Origin: the human T2T-CHM13v2.0 reference genome, Homo sapiens | NCBI RefSeq assembly: GCF_009914755.1 | Contig: NC_060936.1 | DNA length: 64,000 nt | Reading direction: 5' to 3' (one strand) | Shown here: positions 62,490 to 64,000 of the stretch, in pieces | How positions within the stretch are numbered: the stretch's first letter is position 1 | Layout: every line of letters begins with the position of its first letter | Made by a program: the position numbers and the translations under genes | The notes under the pieces: generated by a model | Databases searched by the model: none | Told to the model about the DNA's origin: nothing | Seen by the model: only the letters and a program-made list of their open reading frames with translations

Positions 62490-62638
62490 GAGGCAGGGAG
62501 CAGCGGCTCATGCCAATAATCCCAACATTTGGGGAGGCTGCGGTGGGAGGACTGCTTGAGCCCACTGCACTCCAGCCTTAGTGACACAGGGAGACTGTCT
62601 CAAAAACAAAACAAAACAAAACAGACAAAAAAGAAAAA
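62490..62638 (+). mobile_element. Internally deleted Alu (left-arm start fused to right-arm end)
   Basis: ...GCTTGAGCCC|ACTGCACTCCAGCC...; TSD AACAGTAATGGAG. Confidence 0.8.
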
Positions 62639-63092
62639 CAGTAATGGAGTTTTACTATACTGAAAAATAGTACAAAATGTAGAAAGCTGTCAGCCAAGGC
62701 TCTGCGCTATTTCAAAGTAGTAGAAATACAGTTTTAATTAGATTCTACACCACAATTCATCTAGAATGAGAAATAAACACTGAGAAATATACATAGTAAA
62801 CCAGAGTATGGAAATGCCAATGAAATAACATTTTGCCTTGGACACAACTGACTCTCCTGTCATCTAGAAAGAAGTCAATGAAAAAATACAAGGCAGTTTT
62901 CTTTTTTTTTTTCAAACTAGAATCAAAATATATTCTAAAAAGCACTTTATTAACTTAAAAAAAGGAGGACAACTCTACTCCAACAAAGATAACCAAAACA
63001 TGCTAATATAAATGCAAGAAAAACAGGAGTTCCTAAAGGAGGATTATTACAGCTAATATGTGAGGATAAAATCTATTCTATACCACAGATAA

Positions 63093-63390
<298 letters not shown>

Positions 63391-63707
63391 TAGATAATCT
63401 TAAAGTTCAGTAATAAAACAAGGGAGTAAAGGAACACGAATTTTAAACTATTTTTCTATCAACTAAAGCAAAGACAGAAAACGCTGATGTACATGACTTC
63501 ATACTAAACAAAAATTGGGCAAGCATACATATTTCATTCATGCAAATGAGTCTGAATTTACAATTCGTTTATGTTAATATTTACTAAGATTAATGAAATA
63601 TCATCTCCCCTATGTAATGAAGTGAATTCCCCCAACAGAACAAAGCTAACACCTTTAAATCTTTCAAATAAACAATGAAAGTATATATACTATAAAAGAA
63701 AATTATC

Positions 63708-64000
<293 letters not shown>

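Overview
Primate (very probably human) genomic DNA lying entirely inside MED13L (Mediator kinase-module subunit 13-like), which is transcribed on the minus strand. The only coding exon I can support is the 238-nt second exon (30680->30443, [17 protein letters not shown]...VIHHELQ). Positions above 30680 are intron 1 and positions below 30443 are the long intron 2. The rest is AT-rich intron with about 40 Alu/FLAM copies, decayed L1/L2/MIR fragments and DNA-transposon fossils (Tigger1, Tigger3, Tigger4, MER6-like, MER3, MER58A and an intact piggyBac MER85). Repeat families were called by eye from remembered consensus sequences, so repeat boundaries are approximate. No rRNA, tRNA, CRISPR array or other prokaryotic feature is present, and I cannot demonstrate a new biological system. 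The best leads are: (1) cryptic, stop-containing splice cassettes in intron 2, including two AG|GT dual or recursive-type sites and a 10-nt micro-exon; (2) inverted Alus placed to circularise exon 2, where the exon-2-only circle gains an ATG in frame with the native protein (84-aa ORF); (3) two Alu insertions with about 100-120-bp flanking direct repeats; (4) two opposite-orientation AluY copies inserted at the same TTTT|AAA nick; (5) an L1-retroposed, polyadenylated ERV-LTR fragment; (6) a MER85 with its CSB-PGBD3-binding palindrome intact.
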